Positions 47,748 through 58,840 of a DNA stretch of 64,000 bases are shown piece by piece (within the stretch, counting starts at the first letter, position 1; each line of letters begins with the position of its first letter). The position numbers and the translations under genes are program-made. This DNA comes from a virus (taxonomy: Duplodnaviria > Heunggongvirae > Uroviricota > Caudoviricetes), in IMG/VR virus record IMGVR_UViG_3300037067_027626; one strand, given 5' to 3'. The notes below the pieces were generated by a model. The model was given only the letters and a program-made list of their open reading frames with translations. It made no database searches and was not told the origin of the DNA.

Positions 47748-48089
47748 ATGAAAACTTCATGGATTATCGGTGTTATGATGCTCTACATATCTATTTTCTT
47801 CTATGGCAGTATAATGACAAATGCAAATACTTTAAGTGGCGAAATGGGGCATATATTTAATTTAGCACAACCTACTGGTCTTGACTTGAGCAATCTCATA
47901 ACTGCGGCGTATTCAGTTTCGACTGAGGTTTGGTACTATATGGTAATATTTATTGAAGCTATATTTTTGTGGTTTCCAGGGCTATGGACAGGCAACTGGT
48001 TCTTTGTATGGCTATTTTTATGTGTACCTATTTGCATAGGTATGATATTTGGTATTATTACTATGTTAAGGGGGTCAAGTAGCGTGTAG
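47748..48089 (+). CDS. small multi-TM membrane protein
   Basis: A 113-aa protein with three to four hydrophobic helices. Confidence 0.4.
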   Translation: MKTSWIIGVMMLYISIFFYGSIMTNANTLSGEMGHIFNLAQPTGLDLSNLITAAYSVSTEVWYYMVIFIEAIFLWFPGLWTGNWFFVWLFLCVPICIGMIFGIITMLRGSSSV

Positions 48090-48305
48090 ATGCCTCAACT
48101 ATTAATGGCTCTTATAATTGCTCTCGTATTTGCGATGTTCGGCTTGTTATTTTTCCCTAGCCTGCATACGATGTTGCTTGGAATTGATACTACGGGCATG
48201 GGATATTTATTAACGGCAGGGATTACCTCTATGCCTTATGTCGTGGTATTCGCTATCGTATATGGTGTAATCCTGATAATCAGCAACCGTAATAATAAAA
48301 TCTAG
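48090..48305 (+). CDS. small 2-TM membrane protein
   Basis: A 71-aa protein. Confidence 0.4.
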   Translation: MPQLLMALIIALVFAMFGLLFFPSLHTMLLGIDTTGMGYLLTAGITSMPYVVVFAIVYGVILIISNRNNKI

Positions 48306-48317
48306 GTGTGAAAATAT

Positions 48318-51300
48318 TTGGATGCGTTAGAATATTTTAAATCTCAAGAATTGAAATCGCCCGATGCTCCGAAGCCTTTGGTCTATACGGGTGCTCCCAA
48401 TGTCAGCACACCCATAGGTTATTCTCAACCTATGATGGGCGACCAAACACTAGAGCAGTTTCAACAAGATAATGTGCAACTTCAAGACGGTTCGTGGGTT
48501 ACAAAGGAAGAATACGATAAACTATCCGAGGAAGACAAGGCTTATATTCTGGCGAATGGTATAGAAGCCTATAATAAATACAAACAGGAACAACTTGAGA
48601 TATTTGAGGCGGCTCACGTTAAACTCAATGATGAGTCATGGGTATCGAAAGAAGAATATGATAAATTAAGCGAAGAAGATAAAGCCTACTTAATGCAAAA
48701 CGGTATTGAGGCGTTCAATACCTATAAGAATACACAACTTACGGAATTCAAAACTACTCACATTCAACTTGGTGATGAATCATGGGTTTCTAAAGAAGAA
48801 TTCGATAAACTTTCCGAGGAAGATAAAGCCTATTTAACCGCTAATGGGATTGAGGCTTTCAACATCTACAGACAGGCACAATTACAAGAGTTTGAATCTA
48901 CTCATGTGAAATTAAATGACGGTACATGGGTAACGAAAACAGAATACGACAAACTCTCTGAAGAAGATAAGTTATATCTGATAAATAATGGCGTTACCTC
49001 TTACACCGCTATGGTAACGGAACGGTATAATACCGCTAAATCAACACTACAGAATTTTATCAATCCAGACGGAACTCTTAGATTGAATGAAGCGGTTAAT
49101 GCAGGGATAACGGATTTAAGCGTATATAAGAATGCGGGCTATAACGTAACACAGATAGATGTTGATAATATTAAAAATATACCGCAATATGAAGAACCGA
49201 CACCATTACCAACTCCGATTGAACCTCATCCATTTGACCCGACATACGGGAATTACGTATTAACCAAGCCTGATGAAAATGACCCTACTACTTGGATATT
49301 TACCGACCCGATGACAGGCGAGCAGTATGATTATAACGGGAATTACATTGGGAGTATTCCGCCACCAACCCCACCAGCAAATCAGCCGACTGTTGTATCG
49401 CCAACGGAAGTCGCACCTATTCCAGAGACAGAAGCACATCCGTTTGACCCGACATTCGGTAATTATGATTATGACTCTGAAACTGGAATTTATACCGACC
49501 CGATTACAGGGGAACAGTATGATACTAACGGGAAATATCTAGGTAATGTTGCCCCACAAACACTGCCGAATTATACTCCGCAGTTAGTTAATATTTCACC
49601 GACAGCACCTAATGTAGTAGAGGCTTATAATCCCGATAATAATATGGGGCTTACTACCGCACCGTCTTACGGGGCAATAGACATATCTTCGGGAATGATT
49701 TGGGATGGCACAAAATGGATAACCTCTGCCGAAGCAAAAGAGAGAGGGATAGAGTCAAGGGGATATTATGACCCGATGCAACGCAGTGAAGGTGGTCAAT
49801 TAACGGGCGGAAATTACATAATCTCAAACGGTATTTTAATCCCGACTACTTTCGACCCGACTAAAATTGCCCCAAGCAATATTACGATAGAAGGCGATTT
49901 AGGAACAGGTTATGTCATAAAAATAGACGGGAATGTTTTGAGTACCCAAGGTATGACACCCGACCAGGTTACCAGATGGATAGCAGACATGGGCGGAAAT
50001 CAAATGGCAATTATGCAGTGGGTAATGACCGATGTAGGTATGAGAGGCGGTATGGCGGGTGCGGATAATCTTGCTTTAAAGGCTTCGGAAACTTATCAGT
50101 ATCTAACAAATACCTATAATAACTCAACAGGGCAATTACAATATCAGACTGGCGTTACTCTAGGACTGTTTAAAGATACCGATATACCGATATTTAATGA
50201 CGAAGGGAAAATATCAGGGATAATTACATCGGAAATGCAGAAAGATATGTCCTCAGAAATACTAGACATATTAAGGTCGGCAGACAGAAACAGTATTGAC
50301 TCAGTCAATAAAGCCATAGAAATCGCCAATAACTTATATAAAGGCAACGAAATCAACATGGATGATATGTCTTTCCTTGTTGATGTTTTAGGGCAAGAAA
50401 AAGCCGACCAGTGGGTTGCCAATATTAGGGCGAAACTTGCAGAACAACAGGCTATCGCAGATTATAACAACGATTTAGTTACCACTCTTTCAACGAGTAT
50501 ATATAATGATATTTCTAACGGCAGAGAGCCTAACTTCCAATATGTAGCACTCTTAAAGACTCTCTTAGGTGAAGAAGGGGAAAAGATTGTCAATGAGTGG
50601 ATAGATAAAATTACCACTCAGGGCATTAAAATAAAGGCATTATCGAGTAGTATATTAAACGCTATAGAAAACAGTGGTAAGGCAAATCCCGATGATGTGG
50701 CGGAATTAGAGAAATTATTAGACCCACAGGCGGTTGCGGAATGGATAGATAATTTAAAATCCGATAAATTTACTAAGGGATTAAAAGGCACTACACTACA
50801 GCAAGCCTCACAAAATATTTCACAGGTACTTGCCGAAAATCCTGATGCAGAACTGGATGCCAATGATGTTTCGGGTCTTATATGGGGAATGGGGCAAGAT
50901 GAGGCTAATGATTGGATAGAAAAAGTAAGGCAACAGAACAGGGATATAAATATACTATCCGAGAAAATACAGAACGATATTTGGAACGGTAAAGCACCTA
51001 ATCCCGAAGATGTTGCTCAATTGTCTGATTTAGTTACACCTCAAACCGCACAGGCTTGGATAACTACATTATCAGATAAACAAAAAGGTTTTGCAGATAG
51101 TCTAAAAGCCTTACCTCAAGAATTACAGGATGCCTATGCTATGGGCGGAATGGAAGGGTATCTACAGGCGGTAGATGCTTACAATAAAAATCTTGAGGAA
51201 AATTTCACCATAGTAGGGCGAGATGGAAACGGGAATCCTTTATATCTATCCAATACTGAACATGTCGCATTAATGGATAGGTTATCCAAAGACCCTGATG

Positions 51301-54300
51301 GGTTTAATATTTATCAAGAAAGAGGGCTTCAGGGATATTATCAATATGTAGTAGATAGAGAGAAATTACTTGGGGAATACGGAATAATACAAGATGGTAA
51401 AATCAATATAAATAATCTCACTAATAGTGTCAAAGGTGGGCTTGTAACTGCGAGTTTTGTGGCAGGTGGTACAGGATTATCGGTAGATGATATTAATAAA
51501 ACAGTTAATGCTGTAGATAAACTTAGACTTGATGGCTATATGTCTATGGATGGTAGTTCCATAAATGTCTATAAAATTATTATGGATGGTGGCAAAGATA
51601 TAAATTACGCCAAGGCATTACTTGGTGAGGATATAATTAATCAATACGAAGCTGACATTCAAAACCAATATTCTGCACAAAGAAGCCTAACTTATAGCCT
51701 ATTACCCTTTGCGACTAACAATATTGAATTGAGTTCTTTGGGTGTTGAACCAAAACTTACCGATTTAAAACTTACTAATCAAGGCTTAACTAATTTCCTT
51801 GTGGCAAATAATAACTCTCAAGAAGCACGACAAAAGTTAAAAGATGCAGGATTTACCGAAGAAGACATAAAAGATGTCTCTATAAAAGCCCAAACAACTA
51901 TTGATTCTTTAAATAATATTCAAACAAAATTAAATAATAAAACATTGGCTCGCACAGAACATGAAGCATTAACAAATGCTATGAAACTCAATGGTGCGGA
52001 GTTAGAGTTTAAAGGTGGTATTTATTACGCAAACGGTCAGGAATTACCGCAGAATGTTTATGACTATTTAGACCGCACAATTCAAATATGGAATACCTTA
52101 TCGGATGAACAAAAGGCTTTAGTATCGCAGACATACGATGCTGATGAATTTAAGGGTAATCCATTTGCTGAGTTTATTAATACTACTAATATAGCGTCTG
52201 CAAATAATATTCCTTTACAGTTAATCACATCACCTATATCAATAATTGGTACTCCCATAGCTAAAGTTACAACAGGGCAAAATACTACACCTTTGGAATG
52301 GGCTGAAGCGGGTGCTATGGCAGTTATTATCGCCTTGAGTTTGGGTGGCGGTGTTGTACTGGGAACTGCCAGAGGTGCGGTAGTAGCCAGTGGGGATATT
52401 ATAGGTGGATTAGGTAGTAAAGTCGGGTTAGGAACAGCAGGGAAAGTAATAACTTACGGATTAGAAACTGGTGCAACTAGCATATTTGTTGCACCTACTA
52501 TTCCTGTAATACTAGACCCGAAAACATCGGCGTTAGATAGAAATGTGGCGATTGCCTTTGATGTATTAATGATAGGCGGTTTATTGTTAGGGGGTCATAG
52601 CCTTGCTAAATCCATTACCGAAAGTGTTAAAAAAGGAAAGGCTATCCCTGTTAATATCGCTAAAGAAGCAGAAACACAAAACAAAATATTAAATACTGTT
52701 ATTCAGGCAAATAAGGATTTCATTAGTAAGGAATTAATTAAAGACCCTATACAGGCACAAAAACTAGAGATTGCCTATAATAACATGGCAAAAGCCATAG
52801 ATGATTATTCTAAAACTTCACTAGAGTTAAAGCAAACACAAAAAGCTATAAGTGATATAGAGTTTGCTAAAAATCCAGCAGAATTAGACCTGCTTAATAA
52901 ATTAAAAGCGAAAGCAGATGATTTAACCATAAAGTTAAATGGGTTACAAAAACCCTTGGATAGTTCAGTAAAATATTATAATGATTTGTTGGGCAAAAAT
53001 TTAATCGGTGCACCACCAGAAGTAATTTCCGCATTAGATGAAATGCCTAAAACAATCAGGACACAAGTAGATGCCGTAACAACTGAAATAGTAGCACCAA
53101 GAAATATGGAATCTATAGCTAGAGATATTACTGATGTATCAAATCAAAAGGATTATATCAGTGATTATCTAAAGAATAATAAAGTTACCACACAAGAACT
53201 GATGGATTACAATAGAATATTAGACGACTTACAATCGCAACTTGCTTCGTTAGAGAAAGAGTCAAGATTAAAATTCTTGGAAACTGGTGAAATAATAAAA
53301 ACCACAGAAGGCGGATATGAGATAGAAGCCAAATCATTACAACAAAGATTGCTTGATATAAATAAAGATATTGAAACATTAAAGAAAACATCAACCTCTA
53401 CATTAAATCCACCGTTAGAAATGGCAATCGGTAAGGTTACTATAGAAAGGGATATATTTGAGGGGATTCAACGGACTACCGAGACAGTAGATAAAACTGG
53501 TAGAAAAAGTTATGGTTATATCCTAGAACAGTTAAATCAAAATCTTAATGATTTAATAAAAATATTAGATGATTCGGGGTTGCCTAAAGAAAGGTATGTC
53601 GATGTTATCTTGGATTTCTCTAAAGGTATAAGACTGAAAGACGTAAAACTCTTGAATTCAGCTATTGCTAAATTACAACTAGAGGCAGGGAAATTACCAC
53701 CGCAAGCAAAATTACTTACAGACGCTAAAATAAAATTATTAGGTACTTACGCTGATGATGTTTTGAGCCGTTTTAAGGGTGTTGATACTTTTACAAATCC
53801 CATAAAAAGTAGTACGGGTGATATATTCAGGGCTGTTAAAGATGTTGACTACGACAGAATAATTAATGAAAACATTAAAGCACAAGCCGAGAGAATAGTT
53901 TACGATAGGATTAGTAAATTAGTTGAAAGATTACCGTCTAATATAGGTAGGCGGAAGATGGCAGAGATATTGGATTATCTTAAAAAAACAACTTATGATG
54001 ATAAATATTTTACGGAAAATTATGGTGGGAAATATAAGAATTTAGACGAATTCTTGGATATAGAGAAAATAGAGGCTGAACTGAGGGAAGAATTAAAAAG
54101 ACGCAAAGAAATAGAGGAAATGAAAGCGGATATAGCTTCGCATGAGGCAGAAAAGGCTAACGCTGATAGATTTAAGGATAGTGTTAGTAATCCTGATTTG
54201 AAAAAGAAGTTGGAAGATTACTCCAATAACTTTAAAAAAATAATAGAAGAAAAGAAGAAACAAGTACAAACAGCCGAAGCCAATAAGACAATACAAACAA

Positions 54301-56759
54301 TTAGGGTTATTACACCTGAAGAAGAAGCAAATTTACCTAAACCAACCGTTATGGAAAAGGCTGGAGAATTATCTAAAGTAGAAGAAAAAGAGAAAACATT
54401 ACAAGAAAAATTAGATGAGGCTAAGGCTAAAGAAGAAGCAGAAAGAAAAGTAAAGGAAGCCAAGAGAAAATTAGAAGAAGAAAAAGCCGCTACGGAAAAC
54501 CATGAGGATATAAGAAAGAAATATGGTCTATCATCTAGTTATATTCCGAGAAGATGGGAAGAAACTCCTGTTACAGTACAGCCAAAGACGACCTTTACAC
54601 CTAGTGAAACTCCGTCTACTGAACCGAGTATAACTCCATTAATAATACCTGAACCAGAAGTAGAACCTACGGAAGTTCCTTCTACTGAACCCGTACCTAC
54701 CAGAGAACCTAATCCATTTGAAATTCCCGATAACCCCTTTGATTTTCCAGAGGTTATACCTACGACTACACCTGTTACTACCCCTGAAACAGAGCCAGTA
54801 GAAATACCCGCCGAAAAACCATCACCCAAAGAAACTCCCGTAGAAATTCCTACGGTAACACCAATTAAAACACCAGAGGGGATACCTGCTGAATCTCCAG
54901 TAGTAACTCCAGTAGAAACACCAATAGAGTTACCCGCAGAAACGCCGATTGAAACCCCAGTAGTTACTCCTATAGAGTCTCCTGTAGAAACACCTATTGT
55001 AACTCCTGAGATTACACCAATAGAAGTAACCGCAGAAGTACCGCTAGAGATTCCTGTTGTCAGTGAGGAAATAGAAACAAAAACTCCTACTGAAGTTATT
55101 ACAGAGACTACTACTGAGAATAAAGTAATTGAAGAAACAGTTAAAAAACTACCGAAACCGCCTTTTATTATGCCTACTATTGAGGAAGGCGGCTTACCCA
55201 AGGATAAACAAGGACTAAAAGGCACTTTCCAGTGGCGGCAAGGAATTTACTATGAAGTCATTCCGCCACCATATGATAAAATATACCATTTAACACGACC
55301 TCTACCTGGGACTACGAAATTTGCAACTGGTCGTGGGAGTGCATATAAAACACTTGAATGTCTCTATGGCAAGCCCGAAAAAGATGTTGATTTGGATTTA
55401 GGATGGGCAAAAGTTTCTATAAAAACTAAAGGCGGTCAATTACATATGTCCTTTGGCGGTGGTAAGGAAGCTATAGAATCAAGATGGGCAGGAGAAAAAG
55501 CCAGAGATATAGAACGTAATATAGATAAAGGCATAGAACCTTATGAGGAATTAAAAGAAAGAGTTGAAGCACTAGAAAGTGGCGGTGCTCCACCTGTTCC
55601 ACCCGAAGAACCACCTATTACTGCGGTTAGCCCTGAAGAACCCGAAGAAATAGCGTCTAGCATAGAACCGCAAGAAGAAGTTAAAGAAGGATATGTACGT
55701 CTTTATAGAGTAGAAAGAAAAGGTGAACATAGAACTAATTTACCTTTTGGGACACCTGAAGAACTAAGCGGGCGTTGGTTTACTGATGACCCCGAATTAG
55801 CCAGTTGGTATTATGAAAGATTACCTGCTGGTAGAAATTTGATGTTTGTAGATGTTCCAATCGAAGTAGCAGAAAAAAATAAAATAGTTAATTTACCTGC
55901 TACTCACAAAGCACAGATTTCTAAATCGCCAAATAAGGAATATATATTACCGCAAGAGTTAGTTGATAAATCCAAAAAGATGAGTGCTTACAATTTACCG
56001 ATAGAAACACCTGAAGAAGAAATTACCGAAGAATCAGAAATTGATAATCTATTTAAAGGGCAAGAAAACTTGTGGGAAGGAACAGCAAGATATAAAAATC
56101 TATCAGACCACGAAAAAGACTCTTATGATTTTAGTGAAATTCCAGAGGGAGAAATTAGTGAGAAAATTCCAAGAGGTTTAAGTAAGAAACAAGAACCCCC
56201 AAGAGGCTTACAGAAAATGGAATTGCCCCAATATAAAAGTGGTAGAATAAAGGTCTATTTAGTAAATGGGGATTATGTAAGAAGCGTAATGAGCAAAGAA
56301 AATCCAGAGGCGATTGATTTTACCCAAGGGAACAATTTCATGGTGGGAAGCTACGTTCCTAATTTGGAGATATGGATTGATAAGGCTAACTCATTAACAG
56401 ATAGAAAAGCAACCTTATTACATGAATTTAGGGAAGTCCGTGATATGCAGGAAGGTACGGAATATGAGGATGCTCACAGTGATGCCGCTAACCCACTAGA
56501 ATTGGAAGCAAGACATAATGTAAGTAAATTAGATGAGATGCTTAAAGATGAGATAAGCCGAGCCTATGTTTCGCCCAAGAAAAAACAGAGAATCAAGATA
56601 CCTGATGAAAACGGTAATGAGGAAGAATATATTCCAGTATCTTATTTAAGAAGGGTGGGCGGAAAACCCAAGATAGTAGAAGATAATAAAGATAGAATCG
56701 CCACACGGTATTATTTAGGGAAACCGATTAAACCTGTAATTGAGGATGTAAATTTATAA
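48318..56759 (+). CDS. giant 2813-aa protein, tape-measure-like
   Basis: The N-terminus carries four 43-aa repeats (WVTKEEYDKLSEEDKAYL.NGIEA.N.Y). The centre has glycine-zipper TM segments and long coiled coils. A proline-rich TP[IV]ETP repeat region lies near the C-terminus. The C-terminal globular part contains HEFRE. Confidence 0.4.
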   Translation: MDALEYFKSQELKSPDAPKPLVYTGAPNVSTPIGYSQPMMGDQTLEQFQQDNVQLQDGSWVTKEEYDKLSEEDKAYILANGIEAYNKYKQEQLEIFEAAHVKLNDESWVSKEEYDKLSEEDKAYLMQNGIEAFNTYKNTQLTEFKTTHIQLGDESWVSKEEFDKLSEEDKAYLTANGIEAFNIYRQAQLQEFESTHVKLNDGTWVTKTEYDKLSEEDKLYLINNGVTSYTAMVTERYNTAKSTLQNFINPDGTLRLNEAVNAGITDLSVYKNAGYNVTQIDVDNIKNIPQYEEPTPLPTPIEPHPFDPTYGNYVLTKPDENDPTTWIFTDPMTGEQYDYNGNYIGSIPPPTPPANQPTVVSPTEVAPIPETEAHPFDPTFGNYDYDSETGIYTDPITGEQYDTNGKYLGNVAPQTLPNYTPQLVNISPTAPNVVEAYNPDNNMGLTTAPSYGAIDISSGMIWDGTKWITSAEAKERGIESRGYYDPMQRSEGGQLTGGNYIISNGILIPTTFDPTKIAPSNITIEGDLGTGYVIKIDGNVLSTQGMTPDQVTRWIADMGGNQMAIMQWVMTDVGMRGGMAGADNLALKASETYQYLTNTYNNSTGQLQYQTGVTLGLFKDTDIPIFNDEGKISGIITSEMQKDMSSEILDILRSADRNSIDSVNKAIEIANNLYKGNEINMDDMSFLVDVLGQEKADQWVANIRAKLAEQQAIADYNNDLVTTLSTSIYNDISNGREPNFQYVALLKTLLGEEGEKIVNEWIDKITTQGIKIKALSSSILNAIENSGKANPDDVAELEKLLDPQAVAEWIDNLKSDKFTKGLKGTTLQQASQNISQVLAENPDAELDANDVSGLIWGMGQDEANDWIEKVRQQNRDINILSEKIQNDIWNGKAPNPEDVAQLSDLVTPQTAQAWITTLSDKQKGFADSLKALPQELQDAYAMGGMEGYLQAVDAYNKNLEENFTIVGRDGNGNPLYLSNTEHVALMDRLSKDPDGFNIYQERGLQGYYQYVVDREKLLGEYGIIQDGKININNLTNSVKGGLVTASFVAGGTGLSVDDINKTVNAVDKLRLDGYMSMDGSSINVYKIIMDGGKDINYAKALLGEDIINQYEADIQNQYSAQRSLTYSLLPFATNNIELSSLGVEPKLTDLKLTNQGLTNFLVANNNSQEARQKLKDAGFTEEDIKDVSIKAQTTIDSLNNIQTKLNNKTLARTEHEALTNAMKLNGAELEFKGGIYYANGQELPQNVYDYLDRTIQIWNTLSDEQKALVSQTYDADEFKGNPFAEFINTTNIASANNIPLQLITSPISIIGTPIAKVTTGQNTTPLEWAEAGAMAVIIALSLGGGVVLGTARGAVVASGDIIGGLGSKVGLGTAGKVITYGLETGATSIFVAPTIPVILDPKTSALDRNVAIAFDVLMIGGLLLGGHSLAKSITESVKKGKAIPVNIAKEAETQNKILNTVIQANKDFISKELIKDPIQAQKLEIAYNNMAKAIDDYSKTSLELKQTQKAISDIEFAKNPAELDLLNKLKAKADDLTIKLNGLQKPLDSSVKYYNDLLGKNLIGAPPEVISALDEMPKTIRTQVDAVTTEIVAPRNMESIARDITDVSNQKDYISDYLKNNKVTTQELMDYNRILDDLQSQLASLEKESRLKFLETGEIIKTTEGGYEIEAKSLQQRLLDINKDIETLKKTSTSTLNPPLEMAIGKVTIERDIFEGIQRTTETVDKTGRKSYGYILEQLNQNLNDLIKILDDSGLPKERYVDVILDFSKGIRLKDVKLLNSAIAKLQLEAGKLPPQAKLLTDAKIKLLGTYADDVLSRFKGVDTFTNPIKSSTGDIFRAVKDVDYDRIINENIKAQAERIVYDRISKLVERLPSNIGRRKMAEILDYLKKTTYDDKYFTENYGGKYKNLDEFLDIEKIEAELREELKRRKEIEEMKADIASHEAEKANADRFKDSVSNPDLKKKLEDYSNNFKKIIEEKKKQVQTAEANKTIQTIRVITPEEEANLPKPTVMEKAGELSKVEEKEKTLQEKLDEAKAKEEAERKVKEAKRKLEEEKAATENHEDIRKKYGLSSSYIPRRWEETPVTVQPKTTFTPSETPSTEPSITPLIIPEPEVEPTEVPSTEPVPTREPNPFEIPDNPFDFPEVIPTTTPVTTPETEPVEIPAEKPSPKETPVEIPTVTPIKTPEGIPAESPVVTPVETPIELPAETPIETPVVTPIESPVETPIVTPEITPIEVTAEVPLEIPVVSEEIETKTPTEVITETTTENKVIEETVKKLPKPPFIMPTIEEGGLPKDKQGLKGTFQWRQGIYYEVIPPPYDKIYHLTRPLPGTTKFATGRGSAYKTLECLYGKPEKDVDLDLGWAKVSIKTKGGQLHMSFGGGKEAIESRWAGEKARDIERNIDKGIEPYEELKERVEALESGGAPPVPPEEPPITAVSPEEPEEIASSIEPQEEVKEGYVRLYRVERKGEHRTNLPFGTPEELSGRWFTDDPELASWYYERLPAGRNLMFVDVPIEVAEKNKIVNLPATHKAQISKSPNKEYILPQELVDKSKKMSAYNLPIETPEEEITEESEIDNLFKGQENLWEGTARYKNLSDHEKDSYDFSEIPEGEISEKIPRGLSKKQEPPRGLQKMELPQYKSGRIKVYLVNGDYVRSVMSKENPEAIDFTQGNNFMVGSYVPNLEIWIDKANSLTDRKATLLHEFREVRDMQEGTEYEDAHSDAANPLELEARHNVSKLDEMLKDEISRAYVSPKKKQRIKIPDENGNEEEYIPVSYLRRVGGKPKIVEDNKDRIATRYYLGKPIKPVIEDVNL

Positions 56760-56968
56760 AAAGGCTATTGACAAAGAGGTGAAAATGTAGTAGTTTAATC
56801 AAAATACAATATATATTAATATACTATGAAATCTATATTATTGACCCTAGATGATGATGTGAAGCAAGCCCTGAAAGCGGAAGCTGATAAATTGGGCATG
56901 AAACTTGTGACTTATATACGTATGATACTTATTAAAAGTCTTAAAACCAAACAAGGGGGATATTAAAG

Positions 56969-57508
56969 TTGAGTGCGGAAAATGTAATTTTAGTATTTGC
57001 TGTGTTATTTGTCTGTTTTATATGGTACTCCATTAATAATCTCAAGAATAAAGTATTGGTGATTTATACCCGTAATACAGGACAGGAAATATCCAAGTTA
57101 GTAAGGCTTCAAGACCGCTACGTAGATTTCGATAATAAACAGTTTACCTTAGTACCCGACAGACATAGATTACATTGGAAATCAGTTTTAGGATTATTCG
57201 GTACATGGATAATTTGCTATCATATTTACTGGTATTCACGTTATCCGTCAGACCCACGCAGATTTGAAGTAACAGTGGATAGTCCCTCCGCCGCACATTA
57301 TATGAATGAGGAGCAATCCTATACCGCTTATAATAAATCAGAAGCCGCCAGAGATACATTAAAGAAACGTGGCGGATTTATGCAGTATCTACCTTATATT
57401 ATAATAGGTATAGTTTTAGTGGTCATTATATATATAGTGTGGACTCAGGGTAAAGATATGACCATTATTAAAGGTGCTTTACAAGATATAATAAACGGAA
57501 CGACTTAA
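56969..57508 (+). CDS. membrane protein with N- and C-terminal TM helices
   Basis: A 179-aa protein. Confidence 0.4.
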   Translation: MSAENVILVFAVLFVCFIWYSINNLKNKVLVIYTRNTGQEISKLVRLQDRYVDFDNKQFTLVPDRHRLHWKSVLGLFGTWIICYHIYWYSRYPSDPRRFEVTVDSPSAAHYMNEEQSYTAYNKSEAARDTLKKRGGFMQYLPYIIIGIVLVVIIYIVWTQGKDMTIIKGALQDIINGTT

Positions 57509-57521
57509 AGGATAAGATAAA

Positions 57522-58001
57522 ATGGAAGATGAATTAGAACAAGAAAAACGTGATTTAGAAGAAGCTACAGAGATATTTAATGCAAGTTCTGTGGGGAAGC
57601 CCCATTTGAAAGTGGATATGCCCGCAGGTATAAGTAGCGGTAAATCATATTCAGAGAGGGAAGAAGAAACAGGGCAAGCCTCTGATTTAGTGGTGACAAT
57701 GAGGAAACTTTTCCCTAAATTCCCGTACAGGAAATTAGAGGAAGTTTGTTCTGCAATTATGGTAGGTAGGATTCTCCACGATTCTATGTTGCCTAGAGTT
57801 AGATTAACCGTGAATTCCATTGTAAGGGGATGGGATGATAAAGAAGACGGAAGAATGCCGCCCTTCTCTACTATATTAAATCTTGTGACTACGGCTTATG
57901 AGATAGGATTAGGCTCAAAAGGTAGGGAAGATGCGATAGTTTTACATGGTAGTCAAGCTGAAGAAGACCGATTAGAGAAATTAGCTAATACCATGATTTA
58001 A
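57522..58001 (+). CDS. hypothetical acidic protein
   Basis: A 159-aa protein with an AAGGATAAGATAAAATG start context. Confidence 0.4.
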   Translation: MEDELEQEKRDLEEATEIFNASSVGKPHLKVDMPAGISSGKSYSEREEETGQASDLVVTMRKLFPKFPYRKLEEVCSAIMVGRILHDSMLPRVRLTVNSIVRGWDDKEDGRMPPFSTILNLVTTAYEIGLGSKGREDAIVLHGSQAEEDRLEKLANTMI

Positions 58002-58017
58002 AGTTTGAGGGATTTTC

Positions 58018-58839
58018 ATGTCAGAGATAGATGTTGAAGAAAGATTAGAAGAAATAGAAGAACTGCAAGAGCACGAACCGATAGAGAATGCAAAGCAACC
58101 ATTTACAAGTGCCAAGTTGACTATGATTGTCGGTGAGCAGGGTTCGGGTAAATCAACTATTCTGGCGGCAAAGGCAGTAGACGCTACTTATAAAGGTCTG
58201 ACAAGAATTAGGGTATTTTTACCCGATAGGGGTGATGGTCAAGAGCATTACTACGATGTGAAAGCCTCACCTGCTTTAAACGAAGAAGGGAAACCGATAA
58301 TAGGCTATGCCACAATCTATCTACCTAATAAAGAACCTTTTATTGCTCAAGTTCCTGTAAATGCTTATGCTATAGCTGATGGAGTGAGGATTTTTTATAA
58401 CGGGCATTATTACGGAATAAGATATATGCACGTAGAAACCGCCGATATAATTCAGTATATAAATACCGCATTATTCATGGATGGCATCATCAACTATGAT
58501 GAAGGCTATATAGGGGCGAGCAACAGAAGCAGTATGAGTTCGTTGGGGCAGACTATAACGGATTCTATGAACCAAATACGCAAGAGAAGGATACATTTTA
58601 ATATTGCTTCACCGCAAGACGGTCAATTAGACAGAAGATTCAGATTAACCAGAACAGAACGTATTATATGTTCTTATGATGAAGTTAAGGGTGAAGTCAC
58701 CGCAAAAATACAGAAGGCTAAAAAAAGAGAGAAAATAATTTCTTTTGATGCCACATTATATAGACCGTATTTTAATACTAATGAAAGATATAAACTATTG
58801 GAAAGTAAAGTAAGTAAGGCTTACCAAGAAGCTATGTAA
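58018..58839 (+). CDS. P-loop NTPase (FtsK-HerA/Zot-like small ATPase)
   Basis: Walker A GEQGSGKST is at residues ~39-47. A candidate Walker B is GIINYDEGY. At 273 aa it lacks any nuclease domain. Confidence 0.5.
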   Translation: MSEIDVEERLEEIEELQEHEPIENAKQPFTSAKLTMIVGEQGSGKSTILAAKAVDATYKGLTRIRVFLPDRGDGQEHYYDVKASPALNEEGKPIIGYATIYLPNKEPFIAQVPVNAYAIADGVRIFYNGHYYGIRYMHVETADIIQYINTALFMDGIINYDEGYIGASNRSSMSSLGQTITDSMNQIRKRRIHFNIASPQDGQLDRRFRLTRTERIICSYDEVKGEVTAKIQKAKKREKIISFDATLYRPYFNTNERYKLLESKVSKAYQEAM

Positions 58840-58840
58840 G

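Noticed and set aside
54539-55225. 228-aa minus-strand ORF plus 54093..54463 ORFs antisense within the giant gene
   Set aside because: They lie in the proline/threonine repeat region of the 2813-aa gene. Codon-repeat structure generates open antisense frames there.
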